A stretch of DNA of 63,992 nucleotides, the filler included, from Ministeria vibrans ATCC 50519 (Eukaryota; Protista; Filasterea): the NCBI GenBank assembly GCA_943704425.1. It is 8 parts of 7 records of this genome, joined end to end, with 100 filler letters (N's around TTAATTAATTAA, not from the genome) between each part and the next. Parts side by side here need not be neighbours in the genome. Positions count along the whole stretch, not along the records: positions 1 to 17,784 come from CALSCP010001435.1; positions 17,885 to 36,550 come from CALSCP010002741.1; 6 more parts are not named here. One strand, 5' to 3'. The position numbers and the translations under genes are program-made. Below the pieces are notes generated by a model. The model saw nothing but the letters and a program-made list of their open reading frames with translations. It made no database searches and was not told the origin of the DNA. How positions within the stretch are numbered: the first letter of the stretch is position 1; the number at the start of each line of letters is the position of its first letter. Positions 13,241 through 23,800 of the stretch are shown here, one piece after another.

Positions 13241-14154
13241 ATGCTCCGTGCTGCATTCCGTCTTACGCATCGTAGTGTTCTCAGTCGTAGCGCGCTTTTG
13301 TCGCGCGGCTACACCGCTAGCTATGAGGAAGCGGCGCGTACCGCCGGCGAAATGGATTCTGTTGGTATAAACAAGGGGCAATTTTAAATCAACATTGTCT
13401 GGACTGCGTTTGCCCGCATTTGAGAACATGGCTGTGTGAAAATGACGTCTGAGCACAAAACATTCTGAGAGATATTGAACTGTTTTTCGTTTTTTGTCTG
13501 TTCCTTTTTTCAAAAACTCAAAAAAAAAAAAACACTCTCTTGCGCAGAAAAGGTCATTCACGAGCACGTTCCGGCCGAGAAGCGCGACGAGCTGTTGCGT
13601 GTGATGTACGGGTGGAACCAAGGGAAGCTTGTGGAATCGTTGGCGGTCCCGCAAGCGGCCAAGGCGATTGGCGACGCGAACGACTTTGACGTCGACCTGT
13701 ACCGCTTTGCGGCGGCCAAGGAGCCACGCACGCCGCGCACGGTGCGCTTTGGCGTGACGCAAACCTCCATTGTGCTGCCTACCACCGCGTCGGTCGACGA
13801 CCAGTACAATGCGCTGGCGGAGCGCCACGAACAGATGGTGGAGGCGGCAGCGGCCGCAGGCTGCAACGTCCTGTGCTTCCAGGAGGCCTGGTACATGTGT
13901 TTTGCCTTTTGCACGCGCGAAAAGATCCCCTGGAGTGCATTTGCACAGTGTGCTGAGACTGGCGCGTCGACCAAGCTGCTGCAGCGACTCGCAGCCAAAC
14001 ACAACATGGTCATTGTGAGTCCGATTCTGGAGCGTGATCGTGCTCATGGTGACACCATCTGGAACACAGCGGTTGTCATTGGCAACAACGGAAACGTATA
14101 AAGAGAGACCCACTTTAACACGCTCCAGAATGATTAATATATTTAATTATATAT

Positions 14155-14185
<31 letters not shown>

Positions 14186-15257
14186 TTGTGTAGGTGATTG
14201 GGAAGCACCGCAAAAACCATATTCCACGCGTGGGAGATTTCAACGAGTCGACCTACTACATGGAAGGGAACACTGGTACACTGCAGAACAAGAGTGCAAA
14301 ACTAAAGGGATTTAAAATTTTGCTCACTTTATCATTTTGTTTCTCTCTCCATCACTTTTCTCTCTATCACTTTGTGTCTCACTCTATCACTTTGTTTTTC
14401 TCTCTCTCTATCACTTTGTGCCTCTCTCTCAATCACTTTGTTTCTCTCTCTCTCTCAATCATTTTGTTTCTCTGTTTCTCTGTAGGATGGCCTGTGTTTG
14501 AGACTGCATTTGGGCGAATTGCCATCAACATCTGCTACGGGCGACACCACCCGCTCAATTGGATGGCCTTTGGGCTCAATGGCGCAGAAATTGTGTTCAA
14601 TCCTAGTGCGACGGTGGGTGCGCTCAGCGAGCCCATGTGGCCCGTCGAGGGTCGCTGTGCTGCCATTGCCAACTCGTATGCAATATCCTAACCCTGGTGA
14701 CAAAGTCGCAACCCTAACCCTAATCCATTCCTTGTTTTCCTCTGTAAACTGTCTTTCATTACATTAGGTACTTTGTTGCGGGTAACAACCGACTGGGCAC
14801 CGAGACATTTGCAAATGAGTTTACCAGCGGCAATGGCAAACCCGCTAAACACGATTTCGGTCATTTCTATGGAAGTTCGTACATTGCGGGCCCCGACGCC
14901 TCACGCACTCCCGTAAGCACTCCAAAGCACTCAAAGCCTCTCCTTCTCTCCTGACCTTTTTGTCACATGCAAACCCACACACACACACACTCTCTCTCGT
15001 TTACATACATATGTACTCACACACACTCTCTCTCACGCTTTCTCTCTGTCTCTGTCTTTGTCTCTCCCTCTCAGGGTCTGTCTCGCGTCCGTGACGGTGT
15101 GCTCATTACCGAAGCGGATCTTAACCTTGTCCAGCAAGTGCGCGACTCGTGGGGCTTCCAGATGACTGCTCGTTATGCTGATTACGCAAAGCTTCTCGAG
15201 AGATATGTTGCTCCTGATTTTCAGCCGCAAATTGTGACGGACTCTAAATCAAAGTGA
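13241..15257 (+). CDS. UPB1: Beta-ureidopropionase (beta-alanine synthase, nitrilase family), 6 exons
   Basis: Catalytic E-K-C motifs [29 protein letters not shown] and [13 protein letters not shown]; also [33 protein letters not shown]. Confidence 0.95.
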
Positions 15258-15561
15258 ACAAAAATAAATTAATCACTCAGCCCGAATAGGATTGTTTGTA
15301 TGCATTTTAAACCTAATATTTTATGGTCATCGTTTGAGCATTTTTGGCCAAGTTTCAAAAGTATTACGTGCTAAGCCATTGGTAAAGTCATCAGTTGGTG
15401 CCTATTGCGTCACTTGCCTGGCCATCAGCCAACCCGTCTTGCAAGTGGTTTTGAACTATTTGTTTCTTCCCTTTTCATTTGATGTTTGATAAACTGTAAA
15501 TGAATAAAAAAATATGCAGATTTTTTTTTCTTTCCATTCAGCAAAGTAAAGGTGCATCAAT

Positions 15562-17308
15562 ATGGCCAACCAAGGGATGTACGACGTGAGCGGAACGGGC
15601 GGAACGGGCAGGAAGCAAGAAACAAGCTGCTGGGAGTGGACGCTGTACATTCTCGTTGGTCTTCTCGCTCTCCTCACGATTGTCAACTTCGCTCTTGTCC
15701 TCTGGGTTATCTCCACACTCAACATGGTACGGATACTCTAGTCTGAGCTCTCCCTCCTCCCCGCACACCTTATTCGCGCTCCTCCTCTGAGCTGTCTTGG
15801 TATATAATATTTTGGCGTTTCATAAATTTTTTTTCGAATTCTCGTTTCTGTGCGACCCACTGAACTCGACATCGCCGCGTTCTCTCTGTTCCATTACCAT
15901 TGTATCTATCGCTGTGATTCCCTGTCGACAATCGCCTTATCTCTTCTGGTTTCACTTTGGAGCGTTTCTTTTTCTCTCTGACAGTGATGGACGTTTGTGT
16001 AGAACTCCAAAGGAATTCCCTCCATGGACATTGGCGACGACTCCGTCTCGATCTTCCAGAACCTCTTTGTTAACGGAATTGTCAGCGCCGAGCAGTACCA
16101 GTCGCAGGGCGCAGTAAGACGAAAATGCACTAACCCTAACCCTAACCCTAACCCTAAACAATATAATATGTAGGTGTCTCTTTCGTCTCAATCCGACATT
16201 GCTATCACGAGTACGGGCACGACGACCATTTCTGGGGCAGATGTTGATGTGAGTTTGTCGGGTGCTGCATCGACTTTCGACGTGATTGACTCAGCGGCCA
16301 GCCCGATTCTGCGTGCGAGCACGGGCGGAACCACCTTCCAGAAGGCTGTCCAGGCGAGTGCGGGTGCGACGCTTAGCGGCGCATCCACTGTCCTCGGTAC
16401 TTTGAATGTTCAGTCAGGCGCGTCGTTTACAGCCGACGCCGGATCTACGATCACGTTCAACTCCCTTCCCAATTTCAACAGGTCAGAATTTAAAAAATTT
16501 ATTATTATTATTATAGCAATTCGGTTGAAAAACTCCGTCATTATTAATTATAATATTATATTATTCTAATTATTTATATATAAGATGATATAACTCACCT
16601 ATATTTATATCATTAATTTTATTCCTTATCAATTTGTGGCGCATGCAGTGGAGTCAGTGTTGCCTCTGGCAAAGTGTCGTCGCCCGAAGTGCTACAGCTG
16701 CAGGGCGGCAGTTCGATTCAGGCAGGCACAGTCGATTTGTTGCGTCTCTCTGCGTCGGGAGTGGGTGCAAACATTACAATGAGTTCGGATCAGGTAGTGC
16801 ATTGTGTGGGTGTCTTGAACGTAGTGTGCTACTGAATGATCAAAATTATGGTGGCTAATTAGGATTGCAACTTTAATTGTTATAGGTTGTGTTGGAGCCC
16901 GGCAGTGCGTTCGAAGTTGCATCGCGAGCCTCGGCACAAACAGTCGTTCCCACATTTACTCTCTGTGTCTGCAAAACCACAAAGGTGAGAAAGAATATTG
17001 ATACGGACTTTTTCAACTATGTTCGCTGCACTGCTGTCCAGTGGCACTCATTGAGTGGTATTGAGTCGCTGAGCAAAATCTCACTCACACACTCATGGGC
17101 CAGACTCATCATTTCACCACTCTGCACTACACATTCTCACAGACCCCAACAGTTCCCCAAGGTCCACACATACTCACTCACTTTCTGCTCGTTTTACGTG
17201 ACACTGTAGAACCTGGCGAGTGGACAGTATGTGCTGTTTGCGCTTCCTCCGGGTCTCTCCTGCGCTCAGTCGGACCCAAACGATCTCATTGCGATCTGTC
17301 CAGTGTAA
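15562..17308 (+). CDS. Sarcoglycan beta/gamma/delta-like type II membrane protein, about 308 aa; exons 15562-15726, 16003-16113, 16174-16481, 16649-16793, 16886-16984, 17210-17308
   Basis: All five GT-AG introns keep frame. Short cytosolic N-terminus, TM helix WTLYILVGLLALLTIVNFALVLWVI, Ser/Thr/Gly-rich beta-strand ectodomain, C-terminal FTLCVC...VLF....SC........IC cysteine cluster. Confidence 0.72.
16130..16157 (+). repeat. Interstitial telomere-type repeat (CCCTAA)n inside an intron
   Basis: ctaaccctaaccctaaccctaaccctaa read directly. A shorter copy lies near 14711-14724. Confidence 0.85.
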
Positions 17309-17364
17309 TTGGTCTCTCTCTTTTTACACACTCCATTTGTTCTTTTCTTTACTAAGTCTGTTTT

Positions 17365-17507
17365 TCAAGTGAATTTTGCTTTGCTAAAGTCCATTTCGGG
17401 ATGAGCCGCCATAAACTTATTGAGCGTCTCTTGTTTCTTCTGTTCGTCTGAGGTTGGAAGGCCCATCTGCTTTTGGCGTTGGTCAAACATCATTTTCTCA
17501 ACAACAC
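17365..17507 (-). CDS. NUDC: NudC nuclear migration protein, last exon only
   Basis: [44 protein letters not shown] is the NudC C-terminal signature. Confidence 0.93.
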
Positions 17508-17736
17508 CTGGAAAGAGAGAATCGAGAGAGAATGAGTAATGGGTGAGGAGTGTCGAGTGCGTAGAGAAGTGTCCAATTGAGTTTGATATATACAATGAAG
17601 AAAATTGCAGTGAGGGAGAGAGAGGAAAATAGAGGGCGAGAACGAGGGGAGAAAGAAACAAAATAATAATAGCAAGGATTAAAGAGACCGTGATAGAAAA
17701 CAAAATGATGAGAAAGAGAGAGAAAGAGAGAGAGAG

Positions 17737-17782
<46 letters not shown>

Positions 17783-17784
17783 GG

Positions 17785-17884
17785 NNNNNNNNNNNNNNNN
17801 NNNNNNNNNNNNNNNNNNNNNNNNNNNNTTAATTAATTAANNNNNNNNNNNNNNNNNNNNNNNNNNNNNNNNNNNNNNNNNNNN
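17785..17884. other. Artificial contig linker N44-TTAATTAATTAA-N44 (also at 36551-36650, 38285-38384, 52803-52902, 56502-56601, 61451-61550, 62642-62741)
   Basis: The same stop-codon spacer flanked by N runs occurs seven times. Confidence 0.97.
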
Positions 17885-20800
17885 CACACCCACACGTGAA
17901 CACTCCCGCTCCATCCGTGCACGTGCCACCGTTCAGGCACGGCGACGATCCACATTCATCCGTGCTGATCTGGATCTTCGACACGGCCACACTCGGGATG
18001 CTCGCGCTCACTCCATTCGTCGGTGCACTCGTCCACTCCACTGCAGACAACATGTCCACAATCTCTCCCGCCACCGCGTCCGCGTTCACACGCATCTCCA
18101 CGGTGATCAGTCCAACAGACGTCGATGCTCCTGTGACGCTTCCAGCCGCAATGCCTGCTCCAAGTACAATCACGCTCCACGTTCCATTTACACGCGCTCC
18201 CTCAGAGCCCTTCATTCCAACGCCCACCGCGTTCACGCTTGCCGCCGACACAACAGTCGCATCGTCAAATGCATTGTTCGACGACGACGGGAACCACGAC
18301 GAGAACCCCCCGTCGTACACTGCAACCAGGTCAAACTCATCCGGCACCGCAAACGACCAGTCCGCCAAGAACGCCGTGCTGTTCGAGTTTGCCTCGTGAT
18401 GCACAACAAACGTGACGTTGAACACATCATTGACATTCAGCACATTCACAACATCCCCTTTGACAACCGTGTCCAAGCCAAGCACCGGCGAAACGATTGT
18501 CATCTGTGGTCCTTTGTTGACATCTGTTGTCCCGCCACTCCAATTCACGCGTGCCGCATCGCGCATCGTAGTAGTGCTAGCTGGTGAAGGTGTAGTCACG
18601 CGTGCTGTATACTCAACGGTGATGTATGCAACTCCTGTCCCTGTGTTTGTCAGGGTCCCAAAGTTTATATCAAAGGCCGAGCCATCCGTTGCAACAGCAA
18701 GGTTGCCACTGTTTGTCAAAGCCTCTAAAGTGTGACCAGTTGTGCTGGTGACTCCCGCATCGAAGGTGATACTGGTGATCTCGCGTCCCGTCAGACCCGT
18801 GCCCTCCAAGCCGGTCATCGCTGAGTTTACCTTTAGCAAGGCTGCGTTTACGTTTGTACCGGGCGGAAGACGAATGACAGCTTGGAGCGTAACTATCTCA
18901 CCAATGGCAACGTCCATGGCGGGCGTCTCAGGAAGTGACGATGTCACAAACGTCGAGCTGACCGTGAGCACATCGATTTCGCAACGAAGTCCGTAGAAAA
19001 CTGGGCTGCAGTCGCACACAAATGCGTCCAGGTTGTCAGTGCAAGTACCTCCATTCATGCAGGGGCTTGAAGCGCACTCGTCAATGTCCGTCTCACAAAG
19101 TGTGCCAGAATAGCCAGCAGCACAGCTGCAAAAGAAACCGTCTACTCCGTCTGTGCACACGCCACCGTTTTGACAAGGCATCGATGCGCACTCGTCAATG
19201 TCAGTCTCGCATGTAACACCAGTATATCCTCCAGGACACGCGCACGAAAACATATCAACAAGGTCCGCGCACACAGCACCATTGTGACAGGGACTTGAAG
19301 TGCACTCGTCCACGTCTGACTCACACTGGGCACCAGTGAATCCGGATGGGCACACACAGAAGTAGGCGCTAGGCACATCGACACAAGTTCCCCCGTTGGT
19401 ACACGGCGAAGAGCCGCATTCGTTGGTGTTCGTATCGCACAAAAGGCCGAACCAGCCCACATCGCAATTACACGTGAACATGTTGATGCCGTCGACACAC
19501 ACACCAGCATTTTGACAGGGACTCGAAGCGCACTCGTCAATGTCGCTCTCACAAAAAATACCGGTAAAGCCCGATGCACAGGTACACGTAAATTCATCAA
19601 CTCCGTCCACGCATGTAGCACCGTTCTGACACGCGCTCGACGCGCACTCGTCGATGTTTGTCTCACATTGGTCGCCTTGGTAGCCGTTGAGACAAGTGCA
19701 ACCAAAAAAGTTGACGCCATCGATACAGGAAGCGCCATTGACGCAGGGGCTCGAGGCGCACTCGTCGATGTTGGTCTCACACTGAACGCCCTGATAGCCT
19801 GTCACACAGTTGCAAGAAAACCCATTTATCTCGTCAACACACGCGCCAGCATTGAGACAAGGCGACGAGGCGCACTCGTCGTCTTCCACCTCACAAGTTG
19901 TTCCAAACCAGCCCGCAATACAGTTGCATGAGAAGCCATCGACCAGGTCGGTACATATGCCACCGTGTTGACATGGACTCGAAGCACACTCGTCAATCTC
20001 CGACTCGCAAATGCCCCCTGTGTAGCCACTGGCACAGGCACAGGTGAACCCATCAACGCCATCGGTACACGCGCCACCGTTTTGGCACGGAGAGGATGCG
20101 CACTCGTCAATGTCCGACTCGCAAAGCACGCCTGTGAATCCAGCTGTGCAAGTACATGAGAATCCACCAAGCGCATCGGAGCACACGGCGTTGTTCATGC
20201 ACGGCGACGAGCCGCATTCGTCGACGTCGGTTTCACAGTGATCGCCCACTGTGCCAGCGTCACATGAGCACGTGTAGCCTGCAAGTGTGTCGGTACATGT
20301 ACCGCTAAACTGACAGGGCGACGACGAGCATTCGTCCGTGTCCGTTTCGCAATCCGCGCCATGCCAACCAGTCGCACAGTTGCAGGTGTAGCTGTTGACA
20401 CCATCGACGCACACACCAGCGTTCTGACAGGGCGACGACACGCAATCGTCCACATTGGTCTCGCACACGCTACCAGCAAAGCCGGCCACGCATCCACAAC
20501 TGAACCCATTGACAAAGTCGATGCATGATGCGCCATTCTGGCACGGCGATGAGACACACTCGTCAATGTTTGACTCGCAATCGGCGCCGGTATACCCTGC
20601 AATACAGGCACACGAGTAGCCGTCAACGATGTCAGTGCATACACCGGCATTCTGACATGGGCTCGAGTCGCACTCGTCAATCTCGCTCTCACAAAGCGTC
20701 CCTATGTAGCCGCTGGCACATGTACAGGTGTAGGCAGCGGTAACGTCAACACACGTAGCGCCGTTCTGGCAGGGCGACGAGCCGCACTCATTTGTGATGA

Positions 20801-23800
20801 CGTCGCAGAGGGCACCAAAGAACCCGGTGGGGCAAACACAGACAAAGTGATCCACCTGATCGACACATGTGGCCGCATTCAGGCAGGGACTTGAGGCACA
20901 CTCGTCAATATCGCTTTCGCACAACACGCCAGTGTAGCCAGGAACACAGGTACATGTAAAGCGCGCGAGTTCGTCGGTACACAACCCACCATTTTGACAG
21001 GGGTTCGAGGTACACTCGTCCACAGGCGACTCGCAGACAGTACCAGTGAATCCATTGAGGCAGGTGCAGGAGTACCCGTCTACAAGGTCGACACAAGTAG
21101 CACCCGACTGACAAGGTGACGAGTGGCACTCGTCAACGTCCGTCTCGCAATAGACGCCGACGTAGCCGGGATCGCAGTCGCACACAAAACGGTTGAGCAT
21201 GGGAAGACAGACACCGTGAATGCAAGGCGACGAAGCGCACTCGTCAATATCAGACTCGCACAGAGTACCGGTGTAGCCGGCAACACAGGTGCACTGATAG
21301 CCACCAATCACGTCGATGCAAGTGGCACCATTATGGCATGGTGAGGACTCGCATTCGTCGGTCTCCACCTCGCAACGGAGACCAAAGAATCCAGTAGGAC
21401 ATGTACACGTGTAACCATTGACCATATCGGTGCAATTGCCACCATTTTCGCAAGGCGATGAAAGGCACTCGTCCTGCTCGGACTCGCAAAGGATGCCGGT
21501 GTAGCCGGCGACGCAGGTACAGGCATAGCCATTGACCGCGTCCGAGCAAGTGCCGGCGTTTTGACAGGGTGAGGACGTGCACTCGTCAATGTTGGTCTCG
21601 CAGTGAGTGCCGGCATAGCCGTTGCCACAGGTACACGTGTAGCCGTTAAGCAGATCGGTACAAGTGGCCACGTTTTGACAGGGAGTCGAAGCACACTCGT
21701 CGATGTTCGATTCGCACAGGTCGCCGGTGAATCCGGTAAGACAGGCGCACGTGAAGCCATCAATGATGTCGCTGCAGAAAGCCCCATTTTGACAGGGTGA
21801 TGAATGGCACTCGTCGACTTCCGATTCACAAATAGCGCCGGTGTAACCGCTGGGACAAGTGCAGGTATGGCCATTTACAATGTCGACGCAGGTAGCGCTG
21901 TTCAGACACGGACTCGACTCGCATTCATCCGTGTCCGTTTCGCACAGACTACCAAACCAGCCGCTGGCACAGGTACATGTGTAAGTATTTAGTTGGTCGA
22001 TACAAGTGGCACCGTTCTGGCACGGAGACGAGGCGCACTCGTCAATGTTGCTCTCGCAAACCACTCCGGTGTAGCCTGTGACGCAAGTGCACGCGAACGC
22101 GTTGAGAACCTGCGCGCATGTGGCACCATTTTGACAGGGCGACGAGGCGCACTCATCAATGTCCGACTCGCACAGGATCCCTGTATGGCCACCTACACAA
22201 CTACATGTGTAGCCATCGACACCATCAACGCATGTGGCGCCATTAAGACACGGGTTGGAGAGACACTCGTCAACGTTGGTTTCACAATGGTCGCCCGCCG
22301 TGCCACCGGCACAAGTACACGTATAGCCATTGACTGTGTCCGTACAGGTCGCGGAGTTCTGGCAAGGCGACGAGGCGCACTCGTCAATGTCAACTTCGCA
22401 CTGGTTCCCAAAGTAGCCCACGATACAGTCGCAATAGAAGGCACCAAGCAGGTTTGAGCAGGTCGCGCCATTATGACAGGGGGACGAAGCGCACTCGTCG
22501 ACCTCTGTCTCGCACTGCTCACCAGCAAAGCCAGTGGGGCAGGCGCATGTGTAGTTTGGAAAGTTGTCAATGCAAGTGGCAGCGTTGAGACAAGGCGACG
22601 ACTCGCATACGTCCATAGGCGTGCTGCAGTCAACACCAACAAAGAGTGGCAAGCATGTGCAGTTGAAACCGTTCTTGATCTGTCCCGAAATTTGGTCAAA
22701 AATGCCTGCCAGAAGACTGTTGTCCGAAGCATCTACAAAAAAAAAAAAAAAAAAAAAAAAAAAGGAAAAAAAAAAAGTTACCGTTAATGCGCTTCTCACT
22801 CGTCCATCGTCATGCCTGAGTAGACGTCGAAGAGCCAAAAGATGATCCGGTACATCAACTACCGGATGAAAATCACCATGATGGACGGCAGACAGCTCAT
22901 TGGAACAATGTTGGTACGCTCACTCGCTCTCTCTCTTCCTCTCTCGCTCTCTCGTTCTCTCTCTCGCGCGCGCCCTCCGCTCTGTGTGTCTCTTTGCCGT
23001 CTAACGCACGATCTGCTTGTGTCTCCCCTCGCGCAGGCCTTTGACAAGCACATGAACTTGGTATTGGGTGACTGTGAAGAGTACCGAAAGATCAAAGTGA
23101 GTGCAACAAAAACGTGTCGTGTGGTTTTTCCATCTCTCACACGCTGTTTTTGTCGTGTGTAGCAAAAGAAAGGCACGGTGAAGGAAGAGCGAGAGGAGCG
23201 ACGAATGCTGGGGCTTGTAGTGTTGCGTGGAGAAACAGTTGTGTCGCTGTCGGTGGAGGCGCCACCCGTGGTAGAAGGCGGCCGAGCGCGGGGCGGCGGA
23301 AACGGCGTTGCCACGGGCGTGGCGGGGGCACCGGGTGCGGGAATGGGACGAGCAGCAGGGCGTGGGATGGGAGCAGTATCGGCACCGCCCATGCCTGGCG
23401 GTGGACCTATGTCAGCAGCGCCACCCGGCCTTGCGGGACCCGTCGGTGCCGTTGGCGCACCCATGCCGGCCTCCATGATGCCCCCACCATCGGGCGGCCG
23501 CGGCGGCCCACCCCCACAGTACATGAATGCGCCCCCTCCAGGAATGGCGCCGCCCCCTGGCTTCCAGCAAGGCCCCCCCATGGGGTTCTCCGGCAGCGGT
23601 GGCCCGCCCCCCCCCATGGGTATGGGTGGAATGCCCCCGCCCGGCTTTGGCCGTGGCGGGCCCCCTCCCCCCGGCGGCTTCATGCCCCCGCCTGGCTTCA
23701 TGCCTCCCCCCGGCTTTGGCCGTGGCGGTCCTCCCCCACCTCATCAGTAGTAAATAAATGAAACGAAGACTGAAAAAAAAAAAAAAGAACAGGAAGACTG

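Noticed and set aside
13133-14113. Long antisense ORFs (for example 13133-14113, 22859-23701, 49999-50982)
   Set aside because: Shadow frames of GC-rich coding exons on the opposite strand.
17785-17884. Repeated TTAATTAATTAA palindrome as a regulatory or recombination site
   Set aside because: Always centred in identical N runs; it is an artificial contig spacer.
17885-22732. True Notch ortholog
   Set aside because: No LNR, NOD, TM or ankyrin domains are visible; vWA and DUF11-like domains are not Notch features; the 3' end is missing.
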